Shown: in pieces, positions 1 through 8,878 of the stretch | How the letters are laid out: every line of letters starts with the position of its first letter | Numbering within the stretch: the first letter of the stretch is position 1 | NCBI GenBank assembly: GCA_025774555.1 | Contig: JALGVT010000003.1 | Span: forward strand, 72,654 to 136,653 | Origin: a candidate division LCP-89 bacterium | GTDB lineage: Bacteria; Electryoneota; B3-LCP | DNA: 64,000 nucleotides | Reading direction: 5' to 3' | Notes under the pieces: generated by a model | The model's database searches: none | The model's input: the letters and a program-made list of their open reading frames with translations, nothing else | What the model was told of the DNA's origin: nothing | Translations under genes and position numbers: made by a program

Positions 1-812
1 AAGAGGGCACGCTGGTCATCGCCATCAGCCAGTCCGGTGAGACGCTGGACACTCTTGCGGCGATAAGGGAGGCAAAGCGCAAAGGAGCAATCACGCTTGG
101 AATTTGCAACGTGATTGGATCGAGTATTGCGCGGGAAACGGAAGCAGGGATTTATATTCATGCGGGTCCCGAGATCGGCGTCGCTTCGACGAAGGCATTC
201 ACCTCTCAGGTTACCGTACTGGCACTCCTGGCGATATTAGTAGGTCGCAGGAAGTCAATATCAGCCGCCCAGGGGCGATGGATGGTCAGAGAAATGAAGA
301 AGCTCCCGCAGTACGTGGAGAAAATCCTAGCGAGCACCGAGCATATCAAGGAGATTGCCGAGAGATTTAAGGATCATCGCAATTTTCTATATCTGGGACG
401 CGGCTATAATTTCCCCATCGCCTTAGAAGGCGCATTGAAGCTGAAAGAGATTAGCTACATCCATGCTGAAGGTTATCCCGCCGCTGAGATGAAGCACGGT
501 CCTATTGCTTTGATCGATAAGGACATGCCCGTGGTTTTCATCGCCACGCAGGATGGAACCTACGAAAAAGTGCTTTCCAATATCGAAGAAGTAAAGGCGC
601 GCGATGGCATCGTCATAGCCGTATGTTGTGAAGGTGACAAGGAGATGGCGGCGAAATCAGAATACCTCTTAGAGGTCCCGAGGACGATGAACTTCCTCAT
701 GCCTATACTGTCCGTTATCCCGCTTCAGCTTTTAGCTTATCATGTCGCGGTTTTACGAGACTGCGATGTCGATCAACCAAGAAATCTGGCAAAAAGCGTC
801 ACTGTCGAGTAA
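1..812 (+). CDS. glmS: Glutamine--fructose-6-phosphate aminotransferase, C-terminal SIS domains (5'-partial; reading frame runs from position 3)
   Basis: Translation from position 3 reads [45 protein letters not shown], continuing to the ORF at 111..812. The C-terminus ...[29 protein letters not shown] is the characteristic GlmS end. Confidence 0.9.
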   Translation, partial: EGTLVIAISQSGETLDTLAAIREAKRKGAITLGICNVIGSSIARETEAGIYIHAGPEIGVASTKAFTSQVTVLALLAILVGRRKSISAAQGRWMVREMKKLPQYVEKILASTEHIKEIAERFKDHRNFLYLGRGYNFPIALEGALKLKEISYIHAEGYPAAEMKHGPIALIDKDMPVVFIATQDGTYEKVLSNIEEVKARDGIVIAVCCEGDKEMAAKSEYLLEVPRTMNFLMPILSVIPLQLLAYHVAVLRDCDVDQPRNLAKSVTVE

Positions 813-838
813 ATAACAGGAGTGTAAAATATAAATAT

Positions 839-2572
839 ATGCTAGTTATTATTTTAAGTTTTGTTCTTCTTGCTGGTAATGCCTACGCGGCGGCAGATGA
901 TGAGTCGCTGTTATTAACGGCAAAGGAGAAGTACGAGAAGGGTCGTTACGCATCAGCCATCGTTGACCTGAATGGTCTAATTGTCTCCCCGCATTCAAGC
1001 TATCAAAGCGCTGCCAGGCTTCTACTGGGGAAATGCCAATATAAACTCCGCAAATTCAAAGAAGCTGAAAACACTGCACGTAATTTAATTGCTAAATTTC
1101 CCTTCAGCCGCTACGTTCCGCACGCACACTACCTGACTGCTGAAATCGTTTTCAAGCGAAAAGAGTATTACGATACAGCATGGCATCTACTAATAACGGC
1201 ACAGACCACCTTCGAGGAAGATTTAAATTATACCGCTCGCGAAAAACTTGCCGGTGTTTTCGGTGGCTATCTCGATTCCAGTCAGCAAAAAGCACTGATA
1301 AATTGGGTGGAGTGTGATGATATTCGCGGTGAACTGGAATCCATTCAGAGAGGGTATATGCCCGCTGTTCCCATAGGGGTAATCCTCGATTTATCCGGCA
1401 CAAACGCACAAAACGGACAGAACCTGCTGCTTGGCATACAAGCAGCGAAGGCTGATGCAGGGAAAGACGTTCCCGGGGGCATCGAACTGGTAGTCCGCGA
1501 TGGCGGCGGCAGTGTCATCCAATCAGTCATAGCCGCACGAGAATTGATTTGTAATGAGAAAGCTGCTGCTATAATAGTTTGCCTGGATGCCGCCTGTACA
1601 GCCGCTATTGCTGGCGTGACATCATCAGAAGGCGTGCCGCTTATCGTGCCTACTCCGCAGAGTGCGGATATTCTCGAATTAGGAGACGATGTTTTCCAAT
1701 TGCTCGCCGGTTATAAGACAGAAGGCAAAATAGCAGCAGAATACGTTATAGCTGATCTCGAGGCGTCCAGAGCGGCGATTTTAGCGCCGGTGAGCGAGCA
1801 GGGCAGTCAATCGGTAAAAGGCTTTGCTTCTCGCTTTAAAGAGCTGGGCGGAGATGCTGAAGTAATTCAATGGTATTACAGCGGAGCGACCAATTACAAG
1901 CGTCAGCTTGATAAACTTATCCAGATTGGCGCGGACAGTCTGGCTGCGACGTATGAACTCACCGATGAAGATTACGAAGCGCTTCTGGCGTGGGATGATG
2001 AACCTGAAGAAGAGGAAGTGAAACCTGAGGAGGGTGAGCTTGAAGAAGAACCCTCTATTGTGGATTCCCTTCTTGAGGTGTACGTCTCACCCATTAATTT
2101 TTTTGACGTTCTCTATGTGCCTTTTGAAGGTGAAGAGATTCTCCTGTTAGCGCCACAAATCGCCGGCAGCGGATTTAACGGTTATTTTCTCGGCGGTTCA
2201 AATTGTCTGGATCATGTTCTGGATGAGTCCAATCGGCGGTATGTGAATGGACTCATTTTCCCATCGCATTTCAGTATTCCAAAAGGCTATTCGGATAATC
2301 CTTCCTTTGCCGCTGATTTTAAGTCGATTACCAGAAAGATGCCTGACAGATGGAATTTAATGGGGTGGGACGCATTTAATTACCTTGCCCTGGCATTCAA
2401 AGGGAAGGGCTGGCTGAATTCTCAACGGATCAAAACCAGACTTCAAGATGTGAGGGAATTTGAAAGTGAACGACTGGAGATACGTTTCCCTGAAGGGATC
2501 CGCGAGAACCAGTCGATGTTCATATTAGGCTTTGAGAATGGCAGTTTCCATACGTTGAAAACTCCTCAGTAG
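839..2572 (+). CDS. Secreted TPR-like domain plus periplasmic-binding-protein type I (Leu/Ile/Val-binding-like) domain protein; LpoA-like architecture
   Basis: Signal peptide MLVIILSFVLLAGNAYAAAD, TPR-like N-terminal region, then a PBP1-like stretch (GVILDLSGTNAQNGQNLLLGIQAA...GIELVVRDGGGS). There is also an acidic linker DDEPEEEEVKPEEGELEEEP. Confidence 0.5.
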   Translation: MLVIILSFVLLAGNAYAAADDESLLLTAKEKYEKGRYASAIVDLNGLIVSPHSSYQSAARLLLGKCQYKLRKFKEAENTARNLIAKFPFSRYVPHAHYLTAEIVFKRKEYYDTAWHLLITAQTTFEEDLNYTAREKLAGVFGGYLDSSQQKALINWVECDDIRGELESIQRGYMPAVPIGVILDLSGTNAQNGQNLLLGIQAAKADAGKDVPGGIELVVRDGGGSVIQSVIAARELICNEKAAAIIVCLDAACTAAIAGVTSSEGVPLIVPTPQSADILELGDDVFQLLAGYKTEGKIAAEYVIADLEASRAAILAPVSEQGSQSVKGFASRFKELGGDAEVIQWYYSGATNYKRQLDKLIQIGADSLAATYELTDEDYEALLAWDDEPEEEEVKPEEGELEEEPSIVDSLLEVYVSPINFFDVLYVPFEGEEILLLAPQIAGSGFNGYFLGGSNCLDHVLDESNRRYVNGLIFPSHFSIPKGYSDNPSFAADFKSITRKMPDRWNLMGWDAFNYLALAFKGKGWLNSQRIKTRLQDVREFESERLEIRFPEGIRENQSMFILGFENGSFHTLKTPQ

Positions 2573-2591
2573 ATCACTGGTACGATTATAA

Positions 2592-3416
2592 ATGACCCCT
2601 GAAGGAAAAGAAGCGAAGCTGCGAGAAATCATTCGTCAGATGGGAATACTGGCAATTGCTTTTTCAGGCGGCGTGGATTCTACTTACTTGTTGAACGTGG
2701 CTGCCGAGGAGCTGGGTGAAGATGTGCTTGCTATTACAGCGGTTTCACCGACTTATCCGCAGCGGGAACGTCAGAGGTCTATTGATCTGGCAAAGAATAT
2801 CGGCGCGCGACAGATGCTATTTGATTCGGGAGAAACTGATCTTCCCGAATTCAAAAGCAATCCTCCCGACCGCTGTTATTTCTGCAAGAAGGAGTTGTTT
2901 CTTCAAGTAGGGCGTATTGCACAGGATGAGGGAATAGCCAGAATAGCGGACGGCTCTAATGTGGATGACCTTCAAGATCATCGTCCCGGGATGGCAGCTT
3001 TGAAAGAGCTTGGCGTTCGCAGTCCTTTAAGAGAGTGCGGCATGACCAAGAATGACGTGCGGGAAAGATCGAAAACGCTAGGCTTATCCACGTGGGATCT
3101 GCCGTCATTTGCCTGTCTCGCATCCCGCTTCCCTTACGGCACTCCGATCACAGAGGATGCCTTAAAACGCATTGAACAAGCTGAAACGGCGCTCTATGAT
3201 CTGGGATTCAAGATCATCCGGGTGCGTCATCACGGCGACACAGCGCGGATCGAACTTGGGCGTGATGAAATTGATCTCCTTCTTAAAGAATCATTGCGGA
3301 CAAAAGTGGTCAGCGCAATAAAAAATACCGGATATAAATATGTCGCCCTCGATCTGGAAGGGTATCGCACCGGCAGTATGAACGAAGTGTTAGAAACTAA
3401 AGGACAATCCGCGTAG
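2592..3416 (+). CDS. PP-loop superfamily ATP pyrophosphatase (LarE / TIGR00268-like)
   Basis: SGGVDS PP-loop (AIAFSGGVDSTYLL) plus a CYFCK motif (DRCYFCKKELF), typical of the LarE/PP-loop ATP-utilizing family. Confidence 0.75.
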   Translation: MTPEGKEAKLREIIRQMGILAIAFSGGVDSTYLLNVAAEELGEDVLAITAVSPTYPQRERQRSIDLAKNIGARQMLFDSGETDLPEFKSNPPDRCYFCKKELFLQVGRIAQDEGIARIADGSNVDDLQDHRPGMAALKELGVRSPLRECGMTKNDVRERSKTLGLSTWDLPSFACLASRFPYGTPITEDALKRIEQAETALYDLGFKIIRVRHHGDTARIELGRDEIDLLLKESLRTKVVSAIKNTGYKYVALDLEGYRTGSMNEVLETKGQSA

Positions 3417-4138
3417 TGACCGAAGTCTGCTTTCAGCATAAAGGGAATCACGCACGATATACCGGGCTGCGTCCAAGCAGCATTATTGCAGCCTTTTCAT
3501 ATAGATCTTTTTATGAAGAGAACGAATCCCTTGAACGTGATCGAATGCGGGAACGATTCGTTCAGGAAATGGGGATTTCACCTGCTTTTACCGCCGGAGG
3601 CGAACAGGTGCATGGCGGAAATATCGCCGTTGCTGCCGAAGGGGGGATCGCTGCTGACGTTGACGGGGTGATCACGCGGGCGAGAAATCTCTTTCTCACT
3701 GTGGTAGTTGCAGATTGTCTCCCAATCTATCTCTGGGATGATGACGGCAAAGCAGTGGGATTACTGCATGCCGGCTGGCGGGGGACGGTTGCTGAGATTG
3801 CAGTCAGCGGTGTAGAAAAATTCAGTGATTCATTGCAGATAAAGCCTGATAAAATACACGTTCTGCTCGGTCCCTGTATTTGCCAGAGTTGTTTCGAGGT
3901 TGGACCTGAAGTTGCGGAACGATTCGATTCATTGTGTCTGCGGCAGGGCAGCGCTGATAGAATGCATCTGAATCTAAGAGATGCGAATTACCGTCAGTTG
4001 ATCGATGCGGGCGTCAGGTCAGAAATGATTCTTTCTGATAAGCGATGCACGAACTGCAACCAAGAACTGTTTTTCAGCTACCGTAGAGACGGCGCTGGCA
4101 CGGGCAGGATGATAGCCGCAATCGGTTTGAGCATATAA
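3416..4138 (+). CDS. pgeF: Peptidoglycan editing factor PgeF / YfiH (DUF152) family protein; GTG start overlaps the upstream stop
   Basis: Motifs QVHGG, ADCLPIYLWD, LHAGWRG, CICQSCFEVG and CTNC...FFSYRRDG fit the YfiH/PgeF family. Start position is uncertain (GTG at 3416 or an internal ATG). Confidence 0.75.
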   Translation: MTEVCFQHKGNHARYTGLRPSSIIAAFSYRSFYEENESLERDRMRERFVQEMGISPAFTAGGEQVHGGNIAVAAEGGIAADVDGVITRARNLFLTVVVADCLPIYLWDDDGKAVGLLHAGWRGTVAEIAVSGVEKFSDSLQIKPDKIHVLLGPCICQSCFEVGPEVAERFDSLCLRQGSADRMHLNLRDANYRQLIDAGVRSEMILSDKRCTNCNQELFFSYRRDGAGTGRMIAAIGLSI

Positions 4139-4160
4139 ACTATAATTCATAAGAAGAAAT

Positions 4161-4943
4161 TTGGACATATTATCCGCAGTACTTCTCGGGCTGGTTCAGG
4201 GATTGACGGAATTTCTGCCCGTTTCAAGTTCCGGGCATTTAGTGCTGTCGCAGCATCTTTTGGGATTTGAAGGATCAAACCTTGCCCTGAATCTATTGCT
4301 TCATATCGGAACTCTGCTGGCAGTTTTAATTTACTTCAGGAAAGACATTGCCCAGATCGCAATATCAGCGATAAGCGGACAGGGTGAGATTGACGGCCGA
4401 CGCTGGGTGATTATGATCTTGATCGGGTCTATTCCCACTGCAATAATAGGTTTTACGTTTAAGGATCAATTCGAGGCGCTATTCTTACAACCCAGATTGG
4501 TCGCGGTTATGCTCTGGGTAACGGCAATTCTGCTGTTAGCGTCTGATCGAGTTAAATTGAAGAAAGTGCAAGGGGAGAACATCACCGTATTGCGCAGTCT
4601 TTTTGTGGGCATCGCGCAGGGATTGGCGATTATTCCGGGTATTTCACGTTCGGGATCGACTATAGCCACCGCTATTTTCAGCGGGATACAACCGGAAAAG
4701 GCGGCAAGATTCTCTTTCCTGCTTTCTATTCCGGCTATTATAGGCGCGACTATGCTGGAATTTAAAGAGATCGCGGGTGTGACAGCAGCCGACGCGCCAT
4801 CATACTTGTTAGGGACTTTGACAGCTTTCGCTTCCGGTTACTTAGCGATAGATATTCTGCTTAAAATGGTCGTTAAACGAAAATTATGGAAATTTTCGAT
4901 CTATCTATTCGTCGTTGGTTTAGCAGGATTAATCTTCATTTGA
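4161..4943 (+). CDS. uppP: Undecaprenyl-diphosphatase (TTG start)
   Basis: N-terminal MDILSAVLLGLVQGLTEFLPVSSSGHLVL is the BacA/UppP signature; polytopic membrane protein. Confidence 0.9.
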   Translation: MDILSAVLLGLVQGLTEFLPVSSSGHLVLSQHLLGFEGSNLALNLLLHIGTLLAVLIYFRKDIAQIAISAISGQGEIDGRRWVIMILIGSIPTAIIGFTFKDQFEALFLQPRLVAVMLWVTAILLLASDRVKLKKVQGENITVLRSLFVGIAQGLAIIPGISRSGSTIATAIFSGIQPEKAARFSFLLSIPAIIGATMLEFKEIAGVTAADAPSYLLGTLTAFASGYLAIDILLKMVVKRKLWKFSIYLFVVGLAGLIFI

Positions 4944-4955
4944 ACAACTGATTAT

Positions 4956-5984
4956 ATGGCTGACAGACAGACAGAATTAAATTACCAATCGCTGGCGCGG
5001 GATCTTCAAAATAAGAATCTGCAGCCCGTATATTTCTTTTATGGCGCAGAGGATTATCTAATTGACAAAGCCCTTAAGCTATTGAAAAAATCCGCTCTGG
5101 AACCGGGATCCGAAGAGTTCAACTGGACTGTGTTCCGCGCTGATTCTGACGAAATGGACTGGAGTCTTTTTGCCGATTCACTAAACTCACTGGCATTGAT
5201 TCCCTCACAGCGAGTCGTTGTCCTTAAGCAGGTTAATCGAGCGCTGCGGAATAAGGGCGCTTTGAGAATCATTGAGAGTATAATTAAACAGCCTCCAGCC
5301 GATCTAACTTTCGTCCTCGTTGAAAGGGAACCCGATTTAAAGAAGGCTTTTTATAAGACAATCATCCAGCATTCCACGGTAGTCAATTTCCCTGTCCTGA
5401 GGTCTGCTGAATTGCAGCGGCAACTCGTCGAATTTACACGCGAATTTGGGAAAGAAATATCTGCTGCGGCGCTGGAGAAAATACTGACTGAGACGGATCC
5501 CTCTCTGCGTGAGTTGTTGCAGAAGCTGGAAGTCCTGATATTCTATGTTGGAGATCAAGAAGTTATATCTGAACAGGACGTCGAAACCTGCACCGCTTTT
5601 ACGCGCGAAGTCGAAATCTTCAATCTCCTTAAAGCGATCGGCGGAAAAGATGCGTCTGCCTGCCGCAGAATAGCCGAACAGCTTATTCAGAAAAAAGTTG
5701 AAATCGGCGCGTTGTTCACACTGCTATATCGCCAGATATGGGCGATGTATAGAATGAAATATCTGCAGGAACAACGCGTGCCGAACTGGAAGTGGCAGGA
5801 GCATTTAAATATCCGCCCGCAGTTCCTCGAGAAAAGATATCGTCAATATATTCCGAATTACAGTAGAGGGGAACTCGGTAGGTCTTTGGAGATATTGGCT
5901 GAAGCGGATCTGGCGAGAAAGACTACTGCGATTCAGGATGATGTATTATTACGAACGCTTATAGAAAAGCTGTTAAAACCATGA
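4956..5984 (+). CDS. holA: DNA polymerase III delta subunit
   Basis: PVYFFYGAEDYLIDKALKLL N-terminal motif and a length of about 340 aa are typical for HolA. Confidence 0.85.
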   Translation: MADRQTELNYQSLARDLQNKNLQPVYFFYGAEDYLIDKALKLLKKSALEPGSEEFNWTVFRADSDEMDWSLFADSLNSLALIPSQRVVVLKQVNRALRNKGALRIIESIIKQPPADLTFVLVEREPDLKKAFYKTIIQHSTVVNFPVLRSAELQRQLVEFTREFGKEISAAALEKILTETDPSLRELLQKLEVLIFYVGDQEVISEQDVETCTAFTREVEIFNLLKAIGGKDASACRRIAEQLIQKKVEIGALFTLLYRQIWAMYRMKYLQEQRVPNWKWQEHLNIRPQFLEKRYRQYIPNYSRGELGRSLEILAEADLARKTTAIQDDVLLRTLIEKLLKP

Positions 5985-6589
5985 CAGACCTGGAAAAAAC
6001 GAAAGAATTGTCGGTGAGCGTCAATCTGAAAGAGTGCAGTGACGAGGTGTTGATCGCACGTTTTCAGGCAGGTGAGTTGGCTTCTTTTGAGGAGATCGTC
6101 GGTCGCTACCAGGGGCAGTTGATCAATTTCGTAGGTCGTCTCCTGAGTGATCGCATTACCGCCGAGGATATTGTGCAGGAGACCTTCCTGCGCGTCTATC
6201 GTAATAAACATCGCTATAAGGAGATCGCCAAATTTTCAACCTGGATATATACCATTGCCGGAAATCTCGGTAGAACGGAACTCCGACGGCGCAAGATACG
6301 AAATATTTTTTCAATTTCTCAACGAGGCGAGACGGAGATAGATTACGAGATACCCGATCATGGAATCAACGTTGAAAAACAGGTTGAAGGGAAGATAAGG
6401 CAGGAGAGTATCCTGAAGGAGATCGGTAACCTGCCTGTTTATTTCCGCGAGGTTATTATCTTGCGGGACGTTCAGGATCTCTCTTACGAGGAGATCAGTC
6501 AGATTTTAAAGGTTCCGTTGGGCACAGTTAAGTCTCGTGTCAACCGGGGACGCACACAAATACAGAAGCGGTTGAAAAATAGATTATAA
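5981..6589 (+). CDS. ECF (sigma-24 family) RNA polymerase sigma factor
   Basis: Region 2 (QETFLRVYRNKHRY) and a region 4 helix-turn-helix (LGTVKSRVNRGRTQIQKRL). Its start overlaps the holA stop (ATGA). Confidence 0.85.
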   Translation: MTDLEKTKELSVSVNLKECSDEVLIARFQAGELASFEEIVGRYQGQLINFVGRLLSDRITAEDIVQETFLRVYRNKHRYKEIAKFSTWIYTIAGNLGRTELRRRKIRNIFSISQRGETEIDYEIPDHGINVEKQVEGKIRQESILKEIGNLPVYFREVIILRDVQDLSYEEISQILKVPLGTVKSRVNRGRTQIQKRLKNRL

Positions 6590-6749
6590 CATAATTTCTG
6601 AGGAAATTATAAATCAGGCGCAAAAAATTGCTTTTTTTGGGAACCCGTAAGATAGTGTTGGTGTTCAAATAGATGGAAGCATTTACCGTGGAGGTATATA
6701 CTGAAGAGTTAGAGAGCTGAATAATAGCAGATACAAAGGCGCTGATACC

Positions 6750-7346
6750 ATGAAGAAAATCACCTGTGAAAGCTACGAAAGAGGATTCCTTGAATTTACT
6801 AAGGGAACTCTTGATCCGGAACACAGGAAGGCTTTTGAAGACCACCGGGAACAATGCGAACATTGCCGGAATTTCAGCAAGGCTACCAGTGACGTTCGTG
6901 TTGCTTTGTCTCAATTACCGGCAATTGAGACACCTCCATATTTTACGAGCAATCTTAAACGTGAAATAAACCGGCTCGAGCAAGGTTCGAAAAAACCAGA
7001 GTGGAATTCCCGATTGATTCCAAGACTGTTAGCGCTCGGCACCGGTTTTGCCCTGGCGCTTTTCATCAGCTTTGTGGCGCTTCAGCCGGGTCAACAGCCA
7101 GGTATCCCCGGTATGGAACAACCGGACATGGTGGCTGGTTCTGGAGCTTCCGAAGAAACCGTTAATCCCGACAAGAAGCTGACAATTGATAGGGGCGGTG
7201 AGTTGTTGCTGACTGAGAACGAAGTGGTTGTTGATACCATGACACATCGTCTGCCAGAACCGGCGGGCATGGATTCAATACCGATTCCTGTCGATGACGA
7301 TTACTGGAAAATCAATCAGGTGTCAACCACACCGGAAGACAACTGA
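6750..7346 (+). CDS. Putative zf-HC2 anti-sigma factor with a single transmembrane helix
   Basis: Lies downstream of the ECF sigma gene. Has the HxxxCxxC motif (HREQCEHC) near the N-terminus and one transmembrane segment (LLALGTGFALALFISFVAL). Confidence 0.6.
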   Translation: MKKITCESYERGFLEFTKGTLDPEHRKAFEDHREQCEHCRNFSKATSDVRVALSQLPAIETPPYFTSNLKREINRLEQGSKKPEWNSRLIPRLLALGTGFALALFISFVALQPGQQPGIPGMEQPDMVAGSGASEETVNPDKKLTIDRGGELLLTENEVVVDTMTHRLPEPAGMDSIPIPVDDDYWKINQVSTTPEDN

Positions 7347-7373
7347 CTAACTAAAATATTACAGATCGTTGCA

Positions 7374-7407
7374 ATCCGCCCGAAGGTGATCGGGTGGATT
7401 TTTTATT
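7374..7407 (+). terminator. Rho-independent terminator after the anti-sigma gene
   Basis: Stem AATCCGCCCGA / TCGGGTGGATT with loop AGGTGA, followed by TTTTTATT. Confidence 0.6.
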
Positions 7408-7433
7408 GACTTTTCTGTAAAATGTATTATATT
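7406..7433 (+). promoter_or_regulatory. Sigma-70-like promoter (TTGACT-N16-TATATT) ahead of the small ORF and deoB
   Basis: TTGACT at 7406-7411 and TATATT at 7428-7433, read directly from the sequence. Confidence 0.45.
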
Positions 7434-7484
7434 ATAAGGTCTATGTAAAAGTAAGCTCAGATAATTAATAATCCAGAGGAATAA

Positions 7485-7679
7485 ATGGCAAAAGTACAGT
7501 CATTTGGCGATAAAGTCGCCAAGGCACATGCAAAGAAGACAGAATGCCCTGTATGCGGGCAGGTTGTGACCTACGTTAAAGTCGTAGCTCCAACCCAGAC
7601 TGAGGCAGGGAACTTCCGCTTTCGTTCCAGAATGCAGAGGTTATGTAAGTGTACCGAAGCTGAGTTGGCAGGGAAATAG
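7485..7679 (+). CDS. Small (64 aa) Cys-containing putative zinc-ribbon protein
   Basis: GAGGA ribosome-binding site 6 nt upstream; CPVCG...CKC motif; ends 2 nt before the deoB start. The coding call is tentative. Confidence 0.4.
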   Translation: MAKVQSFGDKVAKAHAKKTECPVCGQVVTYVKVVAPTQTEAGNFRFRSRMQRLCKCTEAELAGK

Positions 7680-7681
7680 GA

Positions 7682-8857
7682 TTGCCAACAGGTCGGTTTA
7701 CTGTCATCGTTTTGGATAGCGTCGGAGTCGGGGAATTGCCAGACGCTGATCTGTATAACGATGCCGGATCGAATACACTTGCGAACATCGCTGAGGATGT
7801 GGGCGGATTAGATCTACCCAATCTTGAATCTCTGGGATTAGGTAAAATTATCCCTGTTAAAGGTTTATCCGGGGATATCATAGCGAAAGCCGCTTATGGC
7901 ATCATGGCGGAAGCAGCCCCCGGAAAGGATAGTATCAGCGGTCACTGGGAACTGATGGGATACATCGCGCAGCAGCCACAGCCGACCTACCCGGAAGGTT
8001 TCCCCTTTGAGGTCATAACAGCTCTCGAGAAGGAGACCGGCAGAAAATTCATCGGGAATGTTGCTGCTTCTGGAACTGAGATCATAGAAAAACTTGGTAA
8101 AGAGCACGTTTCTACCGGTAGTCCGATCCTCTATACATCAGCCGATTCAGTGCTTCAGATTGCCGCGCATGAAGATGTAATTCCAGTCGAAGACCTTTAC
8201 CGAATCTGCAAGCAAGCGCGCGAGATAATGTCGGGGGAGAATGCGGTAGGCAGGATTATCGCCAGACCGTTTCAGGGCAGACCGGGGGATTTTCAACGCA
8301 CCGTCAACCGCAAAGATTATTCTATCCCGGCTCCGCAGGATACCGTTTTGGATTTGCTGAAGGATGCTGGTGTAAGCGTTCTGGGCATCGGTAAGATTGA
8401 GGATCTGTTCGCCGGCAGGGGTTTGACGGATTCTATCCATACAAGATCAAATCTCGAGGGAATGCAGACAACACTTCGTGCCATTCAGAGCGATATTTCA
8501 GGGATGATCTTTACCAATCTGGTTGATTTCGATATGCTTTGGGGACACCGCAATGACGTTGCAGGCTATTACCGCGGTTTGTGTGAATTCGACCGTTTTC
8601 TCCCGGAATTAATCGAAGCTCTTAAACCCGGTGATATACTTGTGCTGACAGCGGATCACGGTTGCGATCCCACGACTCCGTCCACCGACCATTCAAGAGA
8701 ACATGTGCCCGTTCTGGCTTATGGCGATGCTGTTTGCGGTGACGTGAATATTGGATTGCGATCGACCTTCGCTGATCTGGCAGCGTCGATAGTGGAGTAT
8801 TTTCAGATTACCGGCACCGGAGCGGGGGAGAGCTTCCTTAAAAAGATAATGGATTAA
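7682..8857 (+). CDS. deoB: Phosphopentomutase (TTG start)
   Basis: N-terminus RFTVIVLDSVGVGELPDADLYNDAGSNTL plus metal-site motifs (TADHGCDP, HSREHVP) typical of DeoB. Confidence 0.9.
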   Translation: MPTGRFTVIVLDSVGVGELPDADLYNDAGSNTLANIAEDVGGLDLPNLESLGLGKIIPVKGLSGDIIAKAAYGIMAEAAPGKDSISGHWELMGYIAQQPQPTYPEGFPFEVITALEKETGRKFIGNVAASGTEIIEKLGKEHVSTGSPILYTSADSVLQIAAHEDVIPVEDLYRICKQAREIMSGENAVGRIIARPFQGRPGDFQRTVNRKDYSIPAPQDTVLDLLKDAGVSVLGIGKIEDLFAGRGLTDSIHTRSNLEGMQTTLRAIQSDISGMIFTNLVDFDMLWGHRNDVAGYYRGLCEFDRFLPELIEALKPGDILVLTADHGCDPTTPSTDHSREHVPVLAYGDAVCGDVNIGLRSTFADLAASIVEYFQITGTGAGESFLKKIMD

Positions 8858-8878
8858 GGCAAAAGGACAAATCAAGAT

